Assembly (NCBI RefSeq): GCF_963921235.1
Contig: NC_086097.1
Coordinates: 11,160,001-11,224,000, forward strand
Length of the DNA stretch: 64,000 bases
Direction: 5' to 3'
Origin: Mobula hypostoma
Lineage: Eukaryota
The notes under the pieces were generated by a model. That model did not search any database, was not told the DNA's origin, and saw nothing but the letters and a program-made list of their open reading frames with translations. This document shows, piece after piece, positions 13,060 through 24,139 of this stretch. Within the stretch, counting starts at the first letter, position 1. Every line of letters begins with the position of its first letter. Made by a program: the position numbers and the translations under genes.

Positions 13060-13998
13060 TTTGGTCTCCCTTTCTCTTCACCATCTTCACCTCGGACTTC
13101 AACTGCTGCACAGAGTCTTGTCATCTTCAGAAGTTTTCAGATGACTCTGCCATAGTTGGATGCATCAGCAAGGGAGATGAGGCTGAGTACAGGGCTACGG
13201 TAGGAAACTTTGTCACATGGTGTGAGCAGAATTACCTGCAGCTTAATGTGAAAAAGACTAAGGAGCTGGTGGTAGACCTGAGGAGAGCTAAGGTACCGGT
13301 GACCCTTGTTTCCATCCTGGGGGTCAGTGTGGACATGGTGGAGGATTACAAATACCTGGGGATACGAATTGACAATAAACTGGACTGGTCAAAGAACACT
13401 GAGGCTGTCTACAAGAAGGGTCAGAGCCATCTCTATTTCCTGAGGAGACTGAGGTCCTTTAACATCTGCCGGACGATGCTGAGGATGTTCTACAAGTCTG
13501 TGGTGGCCAGTGTTATCATGTTTGCTGTTGTGTGCTGGGGCAGCAGGCTGAGGGTAGCAGACACCAATAGAATCAACAACCCGTAAGGCCAGTGATGTTG
13601 TGGGGATGGAACTGGACTCTCTGACGGTGGTGTCTGAAAAGAGGATGCTGTCCAAGTTGCATGCCATCTTGGTCAATGTCTCCCATCCACTACATAATGT
13701 ACTGGGTGGGCACAGGAGTACATTCAGCCAGAGACTCATTCCACCGAGATGCAGCACAGAGCGTTATAGGAAGTCATTCCTGCCTGTGGCCATCAAACTT
13801 TACAACTCCTCCCTTGGAGGGTCAGACACCCTGAGCCAATAGGCTGGTCCTGGACTTATTTCATAATTTATTGGCATAATTTACTTACTACTATTTAACT
13901 ATTTATGGTTCTATTACTATTTATTATTTATGGTGCAACTATAACAAAAACCAATTTTCCCCGGGATCAATAAAGTATGACTATGACTACGACTATGA
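13060..13998 (+). mobile_element. Rex1/Babar-type LINE, 5'-truncated; RT C-terminus with one frameshift near 13580
   Basis: ORFs 13050-13586 (SPFLFTIFTSDF..QKFSDDSAIVG..LNVKKTKELVVD..YKYLG) and 13600-13842 (..HPLH..RKSFLPVAIKLYN); gggatcaataaag(tatgac)n tail. Confidence 0.9.
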
Positions 13999-14869
13999 TA
14001 GTTTATGAAGTAACTTTAAACTGGAGTGAGTTTGACATGTGTTACTTCAATGCATTGCAAGTCCCGAACAAGAAAGGAGTCAGTCCCAAAATGTTATGAT
14101 TTTGCTGAATGACAGAGCAGGGGTGTGTGGTGAAGTGGCTTCTCCCATTCCTCTCTACTATCTACCCAGCGTATGGTCATGCAGATGGTCAATCAAAACA
14201 ACAATGCAGATGCTTCAAATTTGAAATAAAAATGGAAAATGCTTGAAGAACTCTTTCAAAGTCTTTCAAACACTCTGTGGTTTAATGTTTTATATTCTGA
14301 CCGACACAGACCAAGTATTACCCTAACTCTAAGTGTATGTCTTTGGAATGTATGAGGAAACCAAGGCACTCGGAAGAAACCTATGCGCTCATGGGGAGAA
14401 AATACAAACTCCGTACATTTAGGTTGGACTGCTTTCACATTGACAGCCAAGCACAGATTAAGAAGCCAAATATTTGATAGCTTCGAAAGTATCCTCACCG
14501 TCACAACGTGCTGGAAAATGCAGATACATGAAAAAATCAGGGAATCGTTAGAGATCTGTCTCATTAACAGAGTCTTCAGTCCATGATAGGTCATTGTTCT
14601 GGTCTGCAACATCCCAGACAGCATTCAAGCGAATCACTTCTGCACTCTCCATTATTACAACATCCTTATTTGTAATATTTTTAATAACCCAGTCACCCGT
14701 AGCTGACCATGTTCATTTTTGTACCTGGTTTCCCTAATGCTTTTCATCAGAATGTGCTGGTAACATTTCATTGACTTGAAACATTAACTCCAATTCCGTC
14801 TTCACAGATGCTCCTGATCTGCTGAATGGTTACAGACGTTGTTCTCTTTGATTCAGATTTCCAACACAC

Positions 14870-15445
14870 AGTCGTAAAATCATAGTCATAGCACATTACA
14901 TCACAGAAATGGGCCCTTCAGCCCATCTGGTCCATGCTGAACTATTTATCCACCTAGTCCCCTCAACCTGCACCTGGACCATAGTCCTGCATACCTCTCC
15001 CATCCATGTATCTATCCAAACTTCTCTTAAATACTGAAATCGAGCTCACATCCATTATTTCGACTGGCAGCTCAATCTACCCTCTGTGTGAAGAAATTCC
15101 CGCTCATTTTCCTCTTAAACATTTCACCTTTCACTCTTGACTCATGACCTTCAGTTTTATTTTCATCCAACCTCGGTGGAAATAGCCTGTTTGCATTTAC
15201 CCTATCCATACCCCTCAGAATTTTTGTATATCTCTTTCAAATCTCCCCTCATTCTTCTACGCACTAGAGAATAAAGTCCTAACTGATTCAACCGTTCCTT
15301 ATAAATCAAGTTCTCAAGTTCTGGCAACATTGTTTTAAAGTTTTTCTGCACTCTTACAATCTTATTGACATCTTTCCTGTAGGTAGGTGACCAAAACTGC
15401 ACACACAGTACTCCAACGTCTTATACAACTTCAACATAACATCTG
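14870..15445 (-). mobile_element. CR1 LINE 3' part
   Basis: Minus ORF QFWSPTYRKDVNK..LGLYSL.RRRMRGDL. Confidence 0.85.
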
Positions 15446-16004
15446 CACTCTTTTATGTGTTTCTCAATGACTAACAAGTTCTGTGCTCATCCTTGAAAAG
15501 TTATGTTGACTTTTCACTTTGAAGTCTCTTATGGAACTATTAAAAGATCACTCAACATAGGAAAAGCCCAAGAACTAACAAGTAGGGTGGATGACCTCTA
15601 ACTTAGTCCTAATTCGGTGATTTTTCTGAAATGTAAACTTTCTAACAGGTATGGACAGATAGGATCTGGAAAGATGTTCCTGATGGTCAGGGAGTCAATA
15701 CCAGGTACACATTCTAAGCATGTGGAGAAGCCACTTTTAATAAAGTGAGTGGTGAAGCTCTAGATTTCTCTACCACAGAAAGCAGTTGAAGCCAAATCAT
15801 TACATACATTTGAGAATTAGTTAGATATTATTCTATGGTCTATTGGGAGAAAGCTGGAAGGCTGGGGTACAGATTTTCCTTAGCTTAAGAATGTCCGTCC
15901 AATTGATAGACAGCCTCAAGATATGAAGAAGCTGCCAAAATATTATTAAATTTAAACATCCGGCACATGTGTGCAAGTGCATTCCTACAAACAGCAGAAC
16001 TAGC

Positions 16005-16112
16005 TTCTTTTCTCTCCCCCTCTTCTCCCCCTCCCCATTCCCCCTCCACCCTCCAAGCACCTCCTGCCTCCCCACTCCCCCTCCCACCCTCCTCACTCCC
16101 TCTCTCTCCCCA
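16005..16112. repeat. C-rich polypyrimidine low-complexity tract (G-runs on minus strand)
   Basis: Many C3-C5 runs read directly. Confidence 0.8.
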
Positions 16113-16243
16113 CTTTTAGTAATTGTTCTTTCTATCAGAGTCTTAGGTGCTTCTGTTGTGATTCATTACAATACCCTTGAGGAATTCTTCCCATATTGCG
16201 TGACCATGTGCATTTTCTGACTTACAAATGGAAACTATTCATT

Positions 16244-16378
16244 AACAAAAGAGATTCTGCAGATGCTGGAAATCCATAGCAACAAGCACAAAATGCTGGA
16301 GGAACTCAGCAGGTCAGGCAGCATCTGTGGAAATGAATAAACAGTCGACTTTTCGGGCCGAGACCCTTCATCAGGACA
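16244..16378 (-). mobile_element. Penelope-derived terminal fragment with near-intact hammerhead core (16342-16377)
   Basis: Minus strand reads gtc-CTGATGA-agggtctcggccc-GAAA-a-GTC-gactg. Confidence 0.8.
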
Positions 16379-16504
16379 CTGGGGCCCTTCATAGGAAACT
16401 GTTCGTTACCCAGGATGCCTTGTACTGGGTTTCGATGATCAGATGGATTATGTTGAATGGTAGGAGGCTCTCAAGGGCATTCATGCTCCTATTTTCGATA
16501 CATT

Positions 16505-16812
16505 TATACTTACTTATTTCATTCTATTTAGAAATACAGTGTGGAACAGGTCCTTCTGGCCTGTTGAACCAGGCCAACGGCAACCCACCTATTTGACACT
16601 AGCTTAATCAGAGGGCAATTTACAATGGCCAATTAATCTACTAACTGGTCCATCTTTAGACTGTGGGAGGAAACCAGAGCACACATAGGAAACCCGTGCA
16701 ATTCATGAGGAGGACGTACAAACTCCTCAGAGCTGATGTCGGAATCGAACTCCGAACGCTAACGCCCTGAGCTGTACAAGGGTTGCACTAACCGCTATGT
16801 TACCGTGGCATC
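16505..16812 (-). mobile_element. V-SINE (HE1-like)
   Basis: Same core and tail as 1607-1897. Confidence 0.85.
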
Positions 16813-17119
16813 CCACGATATTTTATCAGTATCTGTATGTTCATAATTATGATAAAAAGCCCGTTCTTGCTTATTTCTATCCTCTACCTTGTTGCATATA
16901 AAAACTAAGCAAGCAATTACATCGAATTATTGAGTACTGTAGTACAGTGCAAATAACAAAACTCTGGACAAGCATTTCCCCACCACATTACAAATTCTGC
17001 CCTTGTAAAGGTTTACTATAGAATCTGCTTCCACTATCTTTCCGGGAATAGATTCAAGAATGACCTTGCGAAGGAAGGCCGAAAGCAGAATATTAATGCT
17101 CCACAGTGAGGTGCATGGA

Positions 17120-17630
17120 GTGTCCAGGTAGGGGTGGCACTTCTGGTGAAAGGGCTTGTTGTGTCCATTCTGAGGCAGTTCACTCGCCTTTGGGCCCTAT
17201 TGAACATTCAGCCCCTGCCTGTGGCTCCGAGTAGCCGTTTGCATGCAATAGCAGCCACATCCCTGTGCACTGCTTCGACAGGCCGCTAAACTTGGTGAGG
17301 GTGCCTGCAGGCCTCATACCCCAGTGAGACAGGGACATGCCTGTGCTAGCATGTGACGTCTGCTCCACTAGACTGGGCAGATGAGATCTACAGTGAGATC
17401 CAACAACTAGGAATGTAGTTGTTCAACGTTTAATGGAGATCGAAGGGCACGACAAGGCTCAGGGGAAGTCCTGGTCATTTACTGCAACTAAGGAGCACCC
17501 CAGTTTGTGACAACTACTCATACCACTCACCTGGACTTCTGAGAGCAAGAGAATGGAATGGTTTTTCCACTTTAAAAGCTCTCCTGAACAGGTCTCCTAT
17601 CATTGTTGAATACAACAGACAACCAACAAT
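17120..17630 (+). mobile_element. Probable RTE 5'UTR-derived non-autonomous element
   Basis: cacttctggtgaaagggcttgt..cctgtggctccgagtagc..gcagccacatccc resembles recalled RTE 5' UTRs; no ORF; single copy here. Confidence 0.4.
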
Positions 17631-18529
17631 GCTCCACTTACATTTTGCAAAGGACACGAAACACAAAACATTCCCTGCTCAATTGAGTTCTTGACATCAG
17701 CTTTCAGAAAAAGCGTTGTTAAATATTGAAGGCAGGCTCGGTGGAGCATTCCTGATTCTGCCATCGCTCAATAGAAAGCAAACCAAGGCTGTGTCACTTT
17801 CGAGATTACAAGGCCCGGACTGAGACACCCACATCGGTAGGTATGGTACAGTGCCGCAGCCCTGTTTCATTGATGGAAATGAATTGTGAAAGGGAGTTCA
17901 CCCATGGTGAACTGCCACAGTAACATTTATCAAACAAATAAGATCCAATTTTATCAACTGAGCTCATTATAAACATCCGACAGTTGCATTAATATGGACC
18001 GAGCTCCCTGGTGGTTCAAGCATGGATATGGAGTCCTGGCTGTGAAAGGAAATAGGTCCCAGTATTGACACCTGGTCTCCCTCCAATCCCTGGGCTTGCA
18101 GCTCGAGCTTTGTCAAGAAGCAACTTTTAGTTATGTGATGGTATCGGTTTTGCTGCCTGTAACGTTCTGAACTCAAGCAAAGATCTTAAGCTCTATCCAA
18201 TATAGATAGCTCACAGGTACTCTCACTAAAGGGAAGTTATACAATAGTCATCTGCTCTTCAAAGGCTAGATCGCTTTCCTACTTATCCCCCGCAGTGTTT
18301 AGCTGTCGATATACACATTTATAGTGTTTTTTATAAGTTGCATGTGATATTTCTCAGTTACGTTCGTCAGGGTAGGTGCATACATTGTTTAGTTAAGCCG
18401 ACGCAGACCCTATTGTTTTCACTTGATTAAACAATGGGGCAACAAGGACCCTATTGTGCATTTGTTTTGACTAGAGGCTGAGCAGGGAAAATTGGTTGTG
18501 AGTTTAACTTCCTCAGAAACAGCTGTCAG

Positions 18530-18783
18530 CCGTTGTTTTTTTTCTCTGCGGGGGAGTGTGGTGAGGATTGTTGTTGCCACTGTTTTTGTCTGTGCAAGAG
18601 GTGGGGTGGGAGATTTTGGGGTCTGTGAGTTTTGTTTCTTTTCTTTTTCATACCTGTTGGTGGGGGGAGTTGATGTCTTTTCTTTCATCGACACCCATGG
18701 TCTTTCTGTATTTAATGGCTATCTGGAGAAGACAAATATCAGAGTTGTATTATTGACAATAAAATGAACCTTTGAACCTTTGA
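18530..18783 (+). mobile_element. LINE-type 3' UTR fragment with (GAACCTTT)n tail
   Basis: gacaataaaatgaacctttgaacctttga terminus of the Rex-type tail class. Confidence 0.55.
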
Positions 18784-18857
18784 GAAAGCTGGCCTTGGCA
18801 AAATGATCCCTTGGGCCTTGGATAGTGAAGATCCATCCCAGTTAAAGGGAGGAAAAA

Positions 18858-19190
18858 AAAGACTTGTATTTCCATAGCACCTCATGTGACACATTCAGAA
18901 CATCCCTCTGCACTGCGAAGTGCAGTGCCTGTTACAATATAGGAAACTCTGTAGCCCATTTGTGCACAGCAAGATCCCACAAATGGGAGCATGATAGTGA
19001 GCTACTTGGTGATGGAGGGACAAGTTGGAACCAGATCATCTGACATAGCAACCATTGCTATGAAAAGGCCAGATCATTTACATCCGTCTTAAAGAGAAGA
19101 CGGACATCGGTTTAACGTCTCATTGGTGAGATGGCAAATTTAACAGCACAGCACTCCCTCACTGGAGTGCCAACTTGGATTAGTGCAAAA
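18858..19190 (-). mobile_element. DeuSINE (SacSINE1-like), old
   Basis: aagacttgtatt..atagcacc tail, tgcacagcaagatcccacaaa, tcggtttaacgtctcat..cagcactccctca..ctggagtg Deu-domain motifs. Confidence 0.7.
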
Positions 19191-19224
19191 AAAATTGTGC
19201 CTAACAAGTGAGAGTTTGGTAATC

Positions 19225-19441
19225 TGATTTACAGAATCGGAAGACCCACACTCAATGTTTTAGGAGCAGCTTCTTCCCCTCAGCCATCAGATTTCTGAAG
19301 ATGTCCACGATTCCAACTCAATAATCTCCTCTTGCACTATTTATTTGTCTTTTTTTAACTCTTTCACTGTGCTGCCGCCACAAAACAACAACTTTCATGA
19401 AGTATGTCGGTGATGATAAACCTGTTTCTAATTCTGATTCT
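19225..19441 (+). mobile_element. Rex1/Babar-type 3' fragment
   Basis: agcttcttcccctcagccatcagatttctgaa (SFFPSAIRFL); aaacctg..attctgattctg tail. Confidence 0.7.
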
Positions 19442-19619
19442 GCAAATTGATTACCACTTCGAACCTCCAGCCTGGAAGTTCCTTTACTTGTCAATGAGAG
19501 AGGGATCAATTGCCTCCAATTCATTGCATCCTTTCAACTGTAATTCCTAATGATGTAGGAACACAAGAACCACAAATCCAAACTTCAATACAATGTACAA
19601 TAGAGGACATTCTCATTTT

Positions 19620-19892
19620 TTTATTTCTATTTTGTTTTATAGATACAGCGCAGAACATGTCCTTCTGGTCTAATGTGCCGCACTGGCCAGAACCCACTTA
19701 TTCAATCACAGCCTAATCACAGGACAATTTACAATGATCAATTATCCTACTAACCTTTGGGTTGTGGGAGGAACCCAGAACAGCAGGAGAAAACACACAT
19801 AGTCACAGGGAGAACATACATACTCCTTACAGGTGATACCAGAATTGAACTCCAAACCATAGCACCTCGTCACGTTAAATACTATGCTGCCA
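19620..19892 (-). mobile_element. V-SINE (HE1-like)
   Basis: gcctaatcacaggacaatttacaatgatcaatta core. Confidence 0.8.
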
Positions 19893-20484
19893 TGGAAATG
19901 ACAGAGTATTCACTTCCTTCTCCACTTGAGTGGCATCAGATTCAAGATTAATTTCCTACTTTTTCCTATTTATTTATTTGTTTTTGTTTTAAAGCTGCAG
20001 TCACGCAAGAGGTAGACTGTAAATTCATGGAGACAGATATTTCGTTAGTGCAGTGGTGAAAGGGTTAAGAAAGTCATGCAGTTCCTTCATTGGCCTCTAG
20101 ATGTCAGTGCTGGCTTTAAAATGAAGAGCCTGGGCTTCTTTACAGCCCAGTAACCAGACAGCAGTGTTTCCATCAGCCACTCTGTCAAGCATGGCTTGTC
20201 CTCTATTTATTGTGCAGCTATAAACTGAGTTACTTATTTTTAAGGATAGTGAAATTGGATGTAAAGGATTTAGCTTACCTCCGAAACAAAATTATCTGGA
20301 TTTTACAGGGTCTTAAAAATTCTACTTAAATAATGACTGGGCCATTCCTTTTGCAGTGAGTGGTCACTCGAGGAAAACAGTGATCATCCCAGTTCCCGGT
20401 CTTTTTATGACATTTTCCTGAGAGTAAATCACTTCTATCAACATTTACACTTTGACTCATTATGTTGAGCTTAAGTTCAGAACA

Positions 20485-21155
20485 CCAGCAGGTTGATAGG
20501 GTGGTTAAGAAGCCTTATGGAATGCGTGCCTTTAATCGTCGAGGCACTGAGCTTAAAAGTCAGGAAGTTATGTTGCAGCTTTACAAAACCCTAGTTAGGC
20601 CTCATCTGGAGAATTGCATACAGTTCTGGTCACCCCATTATAGGAAGATGTTAGGGCTTTGGAGAGGGTGCGAAAGAGGCTGACCAATATGCTGCCTGGA
20701 TTGGAGGGCGTGTGTTATAACAACAGTTTGGACAAACTTGGGTTGTTCTCTCTTGGGTGTTGAAGGCTGAGGAGAGGTCTGATAGGGGTTTGTAAGATTA
20801 TGAGAGGCATAGATAGAGTAGATAGACTGTATCTTTTTCCCAGGGTTTAAATGTCTAATACGCATTTAAGGTGAGATGAAGTAATTTTAAAGGGGACCTG
20901 GAGGCAATTTTTTTTACACACAGAGTGGTGTCCGCCTGGAACGCGCTGCCTGGGGCGCAGGTAGAGGCAGATACATTAATGACTTTTAACAGACGGTTAG
21001 ATAGGCAGATGAGTGTGAGAATGGAAGGAGATGGACATTGTGTGGGCAGAAGAGATCAATTTAGTCGGCCATTTGAATACTAATTTATTTGGTTCGGCAC
21101 AATACTATGGGCCAAAGGGTCTGTTCCTGTGCTGTACTGTTCCATGTTCTCTGTC
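20485..21155 (+). mobile_element. CR1 LINE 3' part
   Basis: QVDRVVKKPYGM..VMLQLYKTLVRPHLENCIQFWSPHYRK; gggccaaagggtctgttcctgtgctgtac end. Confidence 0.9.
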
Positions 21156-21331
21156 TTAAAAGCTGGGGAGCTGTACCTCATCGTAAATTGAGGAAGGTGA
21201 AAGTCCACATATCAACATTACTCCAATAATAAACAGCTTTCACACATCAGGCTGCGTCTGAGATGAGATTCCTTCGATGCAATGAGTGGCTCAAATTTTT
21301 GTCCTTTCAGTCCAGTGGCATGGTAGGGGAA

Positions 21332-21590
21332 TGATGGTGATGGTGATGACGTTGACTCAGACCTGAGAGGCCAGCGTTGGGCATTTTCATGCCTTACAAG
21401 GCGCAGTTCGAAAGGCTGCATGGGGCGTCATTCCTCATACAGACATTTCACAGTATTATTTTACGAGGCCGAGTTGTGAGCTCGACTTCAACCCGGCGCG
21501 GATGGAGAGCATGCACGGGGGCGGTCTGTCACTGGATCGAACTCAGGAAGCTCCGTTCTCGAGCCCGGAGCTGATCTCACTGCGCCACAC
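21332..21590 (-). mobile_element. CpG-rich tRNA-derived SINE with (CAT/CAC)n tail
   Basis: A-box TGGCGCAGTGA, B-box GAGTTCGATCC; exact 10-bp TSD GGTAGGGGAA (21322-21331 / 21591-21600). Confidence 0.85.
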
Positions 21591-21804
21591 GGTAGGGGAA
21601 GGGAAGGTGGAAATACATTAAGAAGTGACATCTTGCAGGGATAGAGATAGAGGAAGAAGCAAATATTCTGCCTGCTTTGAGAAGCTCTCTAGTACCCTCT
21701 CACTGGGACCCCAAGGAATTCCTCCCCCATTCGAACGACGTGCAGGTCGGCAGGTTAACTGGCTACAGCAGTGTGCAGGTGAGTATAGAATCTGCAGGGA
21801 ACTG

Positions 21805-22110
21805 ATGGTGGCATGGTAGTGTAGCGGTTAGCCTAATGCTATTACAGAGCTAGAGATCACTGATTAGGGTTCAATTCCCACTGCTGCCTGTAAGGAGTTT
21901 CTACGTTCTCCACAGGGCCATTAGGTTTTCTCCGGGTGCTCCAGTTTGTCCCCTCTCAGTCCAAAGGCATACAGGTCAGCTTTGAAAGTGTTGTGGGCGT
22001 GCTTTGTCGGTGCAGGAAGCATGGTGACACTTACAGGCTGCCCAGCACAAAGCTCACTGATTTGATTTGACGCGAACAACACATCTCACTGTATGCTTTG
22101 TTGTACATGC
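21805..22110 (+). mobile_element. tRNA-SINE with V-SINE head and a different 3' end
   Basis: tggcatggtagtgtagcggttagc..ggttcaattccc..gtaaggagttt head; 3' part diverges from 1607. Confidence 0.7.
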
Positions 22111-22457
22111 TGTTTATTCAAAATTGTTTAATGTTATTTCCCATATACGAGCATTAAGGAGAACAAAATAATTGTTACTATGGATCTGATGCAGCACAAA
22201 AAAAAATCACAATTAGATAAAGAATACCATAAAAAACACAATAAATATAAATACACAAGACAGCTTATATATATTGACAAATAAAGATAATTTTCTTTCT
22301 TTCATTCAGAATAATGGGTGGGTAAATTGGAATTATTATACTTGGGATGTTGGCATGGATTCAGTGGTTCATACAGCCTGTTTCTCTGCTACATCTCTTC
22401 ATGACTCCAAGCTCATAGTGTCACGATAGACCTTTGACTGTGCTGCAGATCACAGCC

Positions 22458-22619
22458 AACAGGCTGGTCCTGAACTTATTTCCATCTGGCATAGTTTGCA
22501 TTTTGTTGTTTGATTGTTTGTGGTTTTTGTATTGCTATATTTATACTCTATTCTTTGTTGGTGCGGCTGTAATGAAACCCAATTTCCCTCGGGATCAATA
22601 AAGTATATCTATCTATCTA
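22458..22619 (+). mobile_element. Rex/Babar 3' UTR fragment with (TATC)n tail
   Basis: aggctggtcctg.acttattt..gggatcaataaagta shared with 13841-13980. Confidence 0.75.
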
Positions 22620-23123
22620 ATTAGGGTTTGAGCAACCAAACCCAACCCTTGTATGGGACCACTTACAAGGCAGGCAATAATGCAAAGAACATGAATTCAA
22701 ATCCACTCAGCTACACCAAGGGAAATGAAAACAGGGAATGTTCCTGATGAAGAGCTGCAGCCCTTATTCCTCTCCATGGATGCTGGCTAACCTGCTGACT
22801 TTCTCCAACATGTTGTATGTGTTACAATGAACGGTGCTTTCACTGAATATTGTAGAACAAGAAAGCTGTTTTTGCTTGTTTATCCTGTAATATTATATTC
22901 GGGTAGTTATTATGGATTGTCCTATCTGTAATAATGGATCGGTCTCAATATAATTTGTCAGACTCTAACTTTAAAACTGCATCAGGCTTGTATTGATAGT
23001 AAGGTATGGTGACGTTTATGAATTTGTGTTTTAAAGCCAAATTTTTGTGAATGACATTTTCCACTTGATTGTGCCTGTGTAAGTAATCAGATTGAGTTAA
23101 ACTGCTACAGGATCCTGTAGTGT

Positions 23124-23714
23124 AAACAACAGGAATACTGCAGATGCTGGAAATTCAAGCATCACACATCAAAGTTGCTGGTGAACGCAGCAGGCCAGGC
23201 AGCATCTCTAGGAAGAGGTACAGTCGACGTTTCAGGCCGAGACCCTTCGTCAGGACTAACTGAAGGAAGAGTTAGTAAGAGATTTGAAAGTGGGAGGGGG
23301 AGGGGGAGATCCAAAATGATAGGAGAAGACAGGAGGGGGAGGTATGGAGCCGAGCTGGACAGGTGATTGGCAAAGGGGATATGAGAGGATCATGGGACAG
23401 GAGGTCCAGGGAGAAAGACAAGGGGGGCGCGGAACCAGAGGATGGGCAAGGGGTATAGTCAGACGGACAGAGGGAGAAGAAGGAGAGTGAGAGAATAAAT
23501 GTGTGTATATAAATAAATAACGGATGGGGTACGAAGAGGAGGTGGGGCCTAGCGGAAGTTAGAGAAGTCAATGTTCATGCCATCAGGTTGGAGGCTACCC
23601 AGACGGAATATAAGGTGTTGTTCCTCCAACCTGAGTGTGGCTTCATCTTTACAGTAGAGGAGGCCGTAGATAGACATGTCAGAATGGGAATGGGATGTGG
23701 AATTAAAATGTGTG
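23124..23714 (-). mobile_element. Penelope-like element 3' part (GIY-YIG C-terminus plus pLTR/3' UTR)
   Basis: Minus ORF THFNSTSHSHSDMS..LEEQHLIFRLGSLQPDGMNIDFSNFR*; highly similar to 55144-56357. Confidence 0.9.
23221..23258 (-). ncRNA. Minimal type-I hammerhead ribozyme motif, core intact
   Basis: Minus strand UAGUC-CUGACGA-AGG(gucucgg)CCU-GAAA-C-GUC/GACUG: stem I UAGUC:GACUG, stem II AGG:CCU, palindromic ACGU stem III, GUC cleavage triplet. Confidence 0.7.
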
Positions 23715-23950
23715 TTGGATTGTTTCTGGTTTCTCTTGGCATTTTCTGTATTTACCATCTTGAATCCGTTGGTCTTTTATAATGTATTTTTAATATTTTT
23801 TATGTTAATGACCTGGTCCTGTATTTCCGCAAGGAACCCCTCTTCTTCTGGGAAGAGGTCTCCAACTCTGAGCCAGGCTTTTGATACTTACTTGTCGACA
23901 TCTATTCTGCTCAGATCATAGGTATGTCTTCCATGGAGAATCATACTCCT
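23711..23950 (-). mobile_element. Dong/R4-clade LINE fragment (region upstream of and including the start of the CCHC knuckle)
   Basis: Minus translation LHGRH..DVDK*VSKAWLRVGDLFPEEEGFLAEIQDQVIN..KYIIKD..YRKCQEKPETIQH matches the R4/Dong motif (PETEGF..AIQDQVI..CR.C....ETIQHI). Confidence 0.8.
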
Positions 23951-23987
23951 TCTTCTTCTTCTTCTTCTTATTATTATTATTATTATT
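23949..23987. repeat. Compound microsatellite (CTT)7(ATT)6
   Basis: Read directly. Confidence 0.95.
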
Positions 23988-24139
23988 AACAAGCAGGCCT
24001 ACAAGTGTAATTACTACAGTCACCTCTGAGTTTATATCAGTGAGCATGCTCGTGAGATGTGGGAGGACGCTGGCGTATTTGAAGGAAACCAACATGGTCA
24101 CAGGGAGAATGGACAAACTCCACACCGACAGCTTAATTC

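Noticed and set aside
13050..13998. Active or autonomous LINE
   Set aside because: 5'-truncated within RT, frameshifted near 13580, no endonuclease.
16005..16112. Functional G-quadruplex or proline-rich ORF
   Set aside because: A low-complexity tract with no independent evidence of function.
20091..20109. CTCF-like motif TGGCCTCTAGATGTCAGTG (also cagatggcgctg at ~40888)
   Set aside because: Mismatches at core positions; not supportable without a PWM scan or ChIP data.
23549..23758. 69-aa ORF as a functional fusion protein
   Set aside because: The N-terminal part is an out-of-frame reading of the Dong fragment; only the C-terminus is genuine Penelope sequence.
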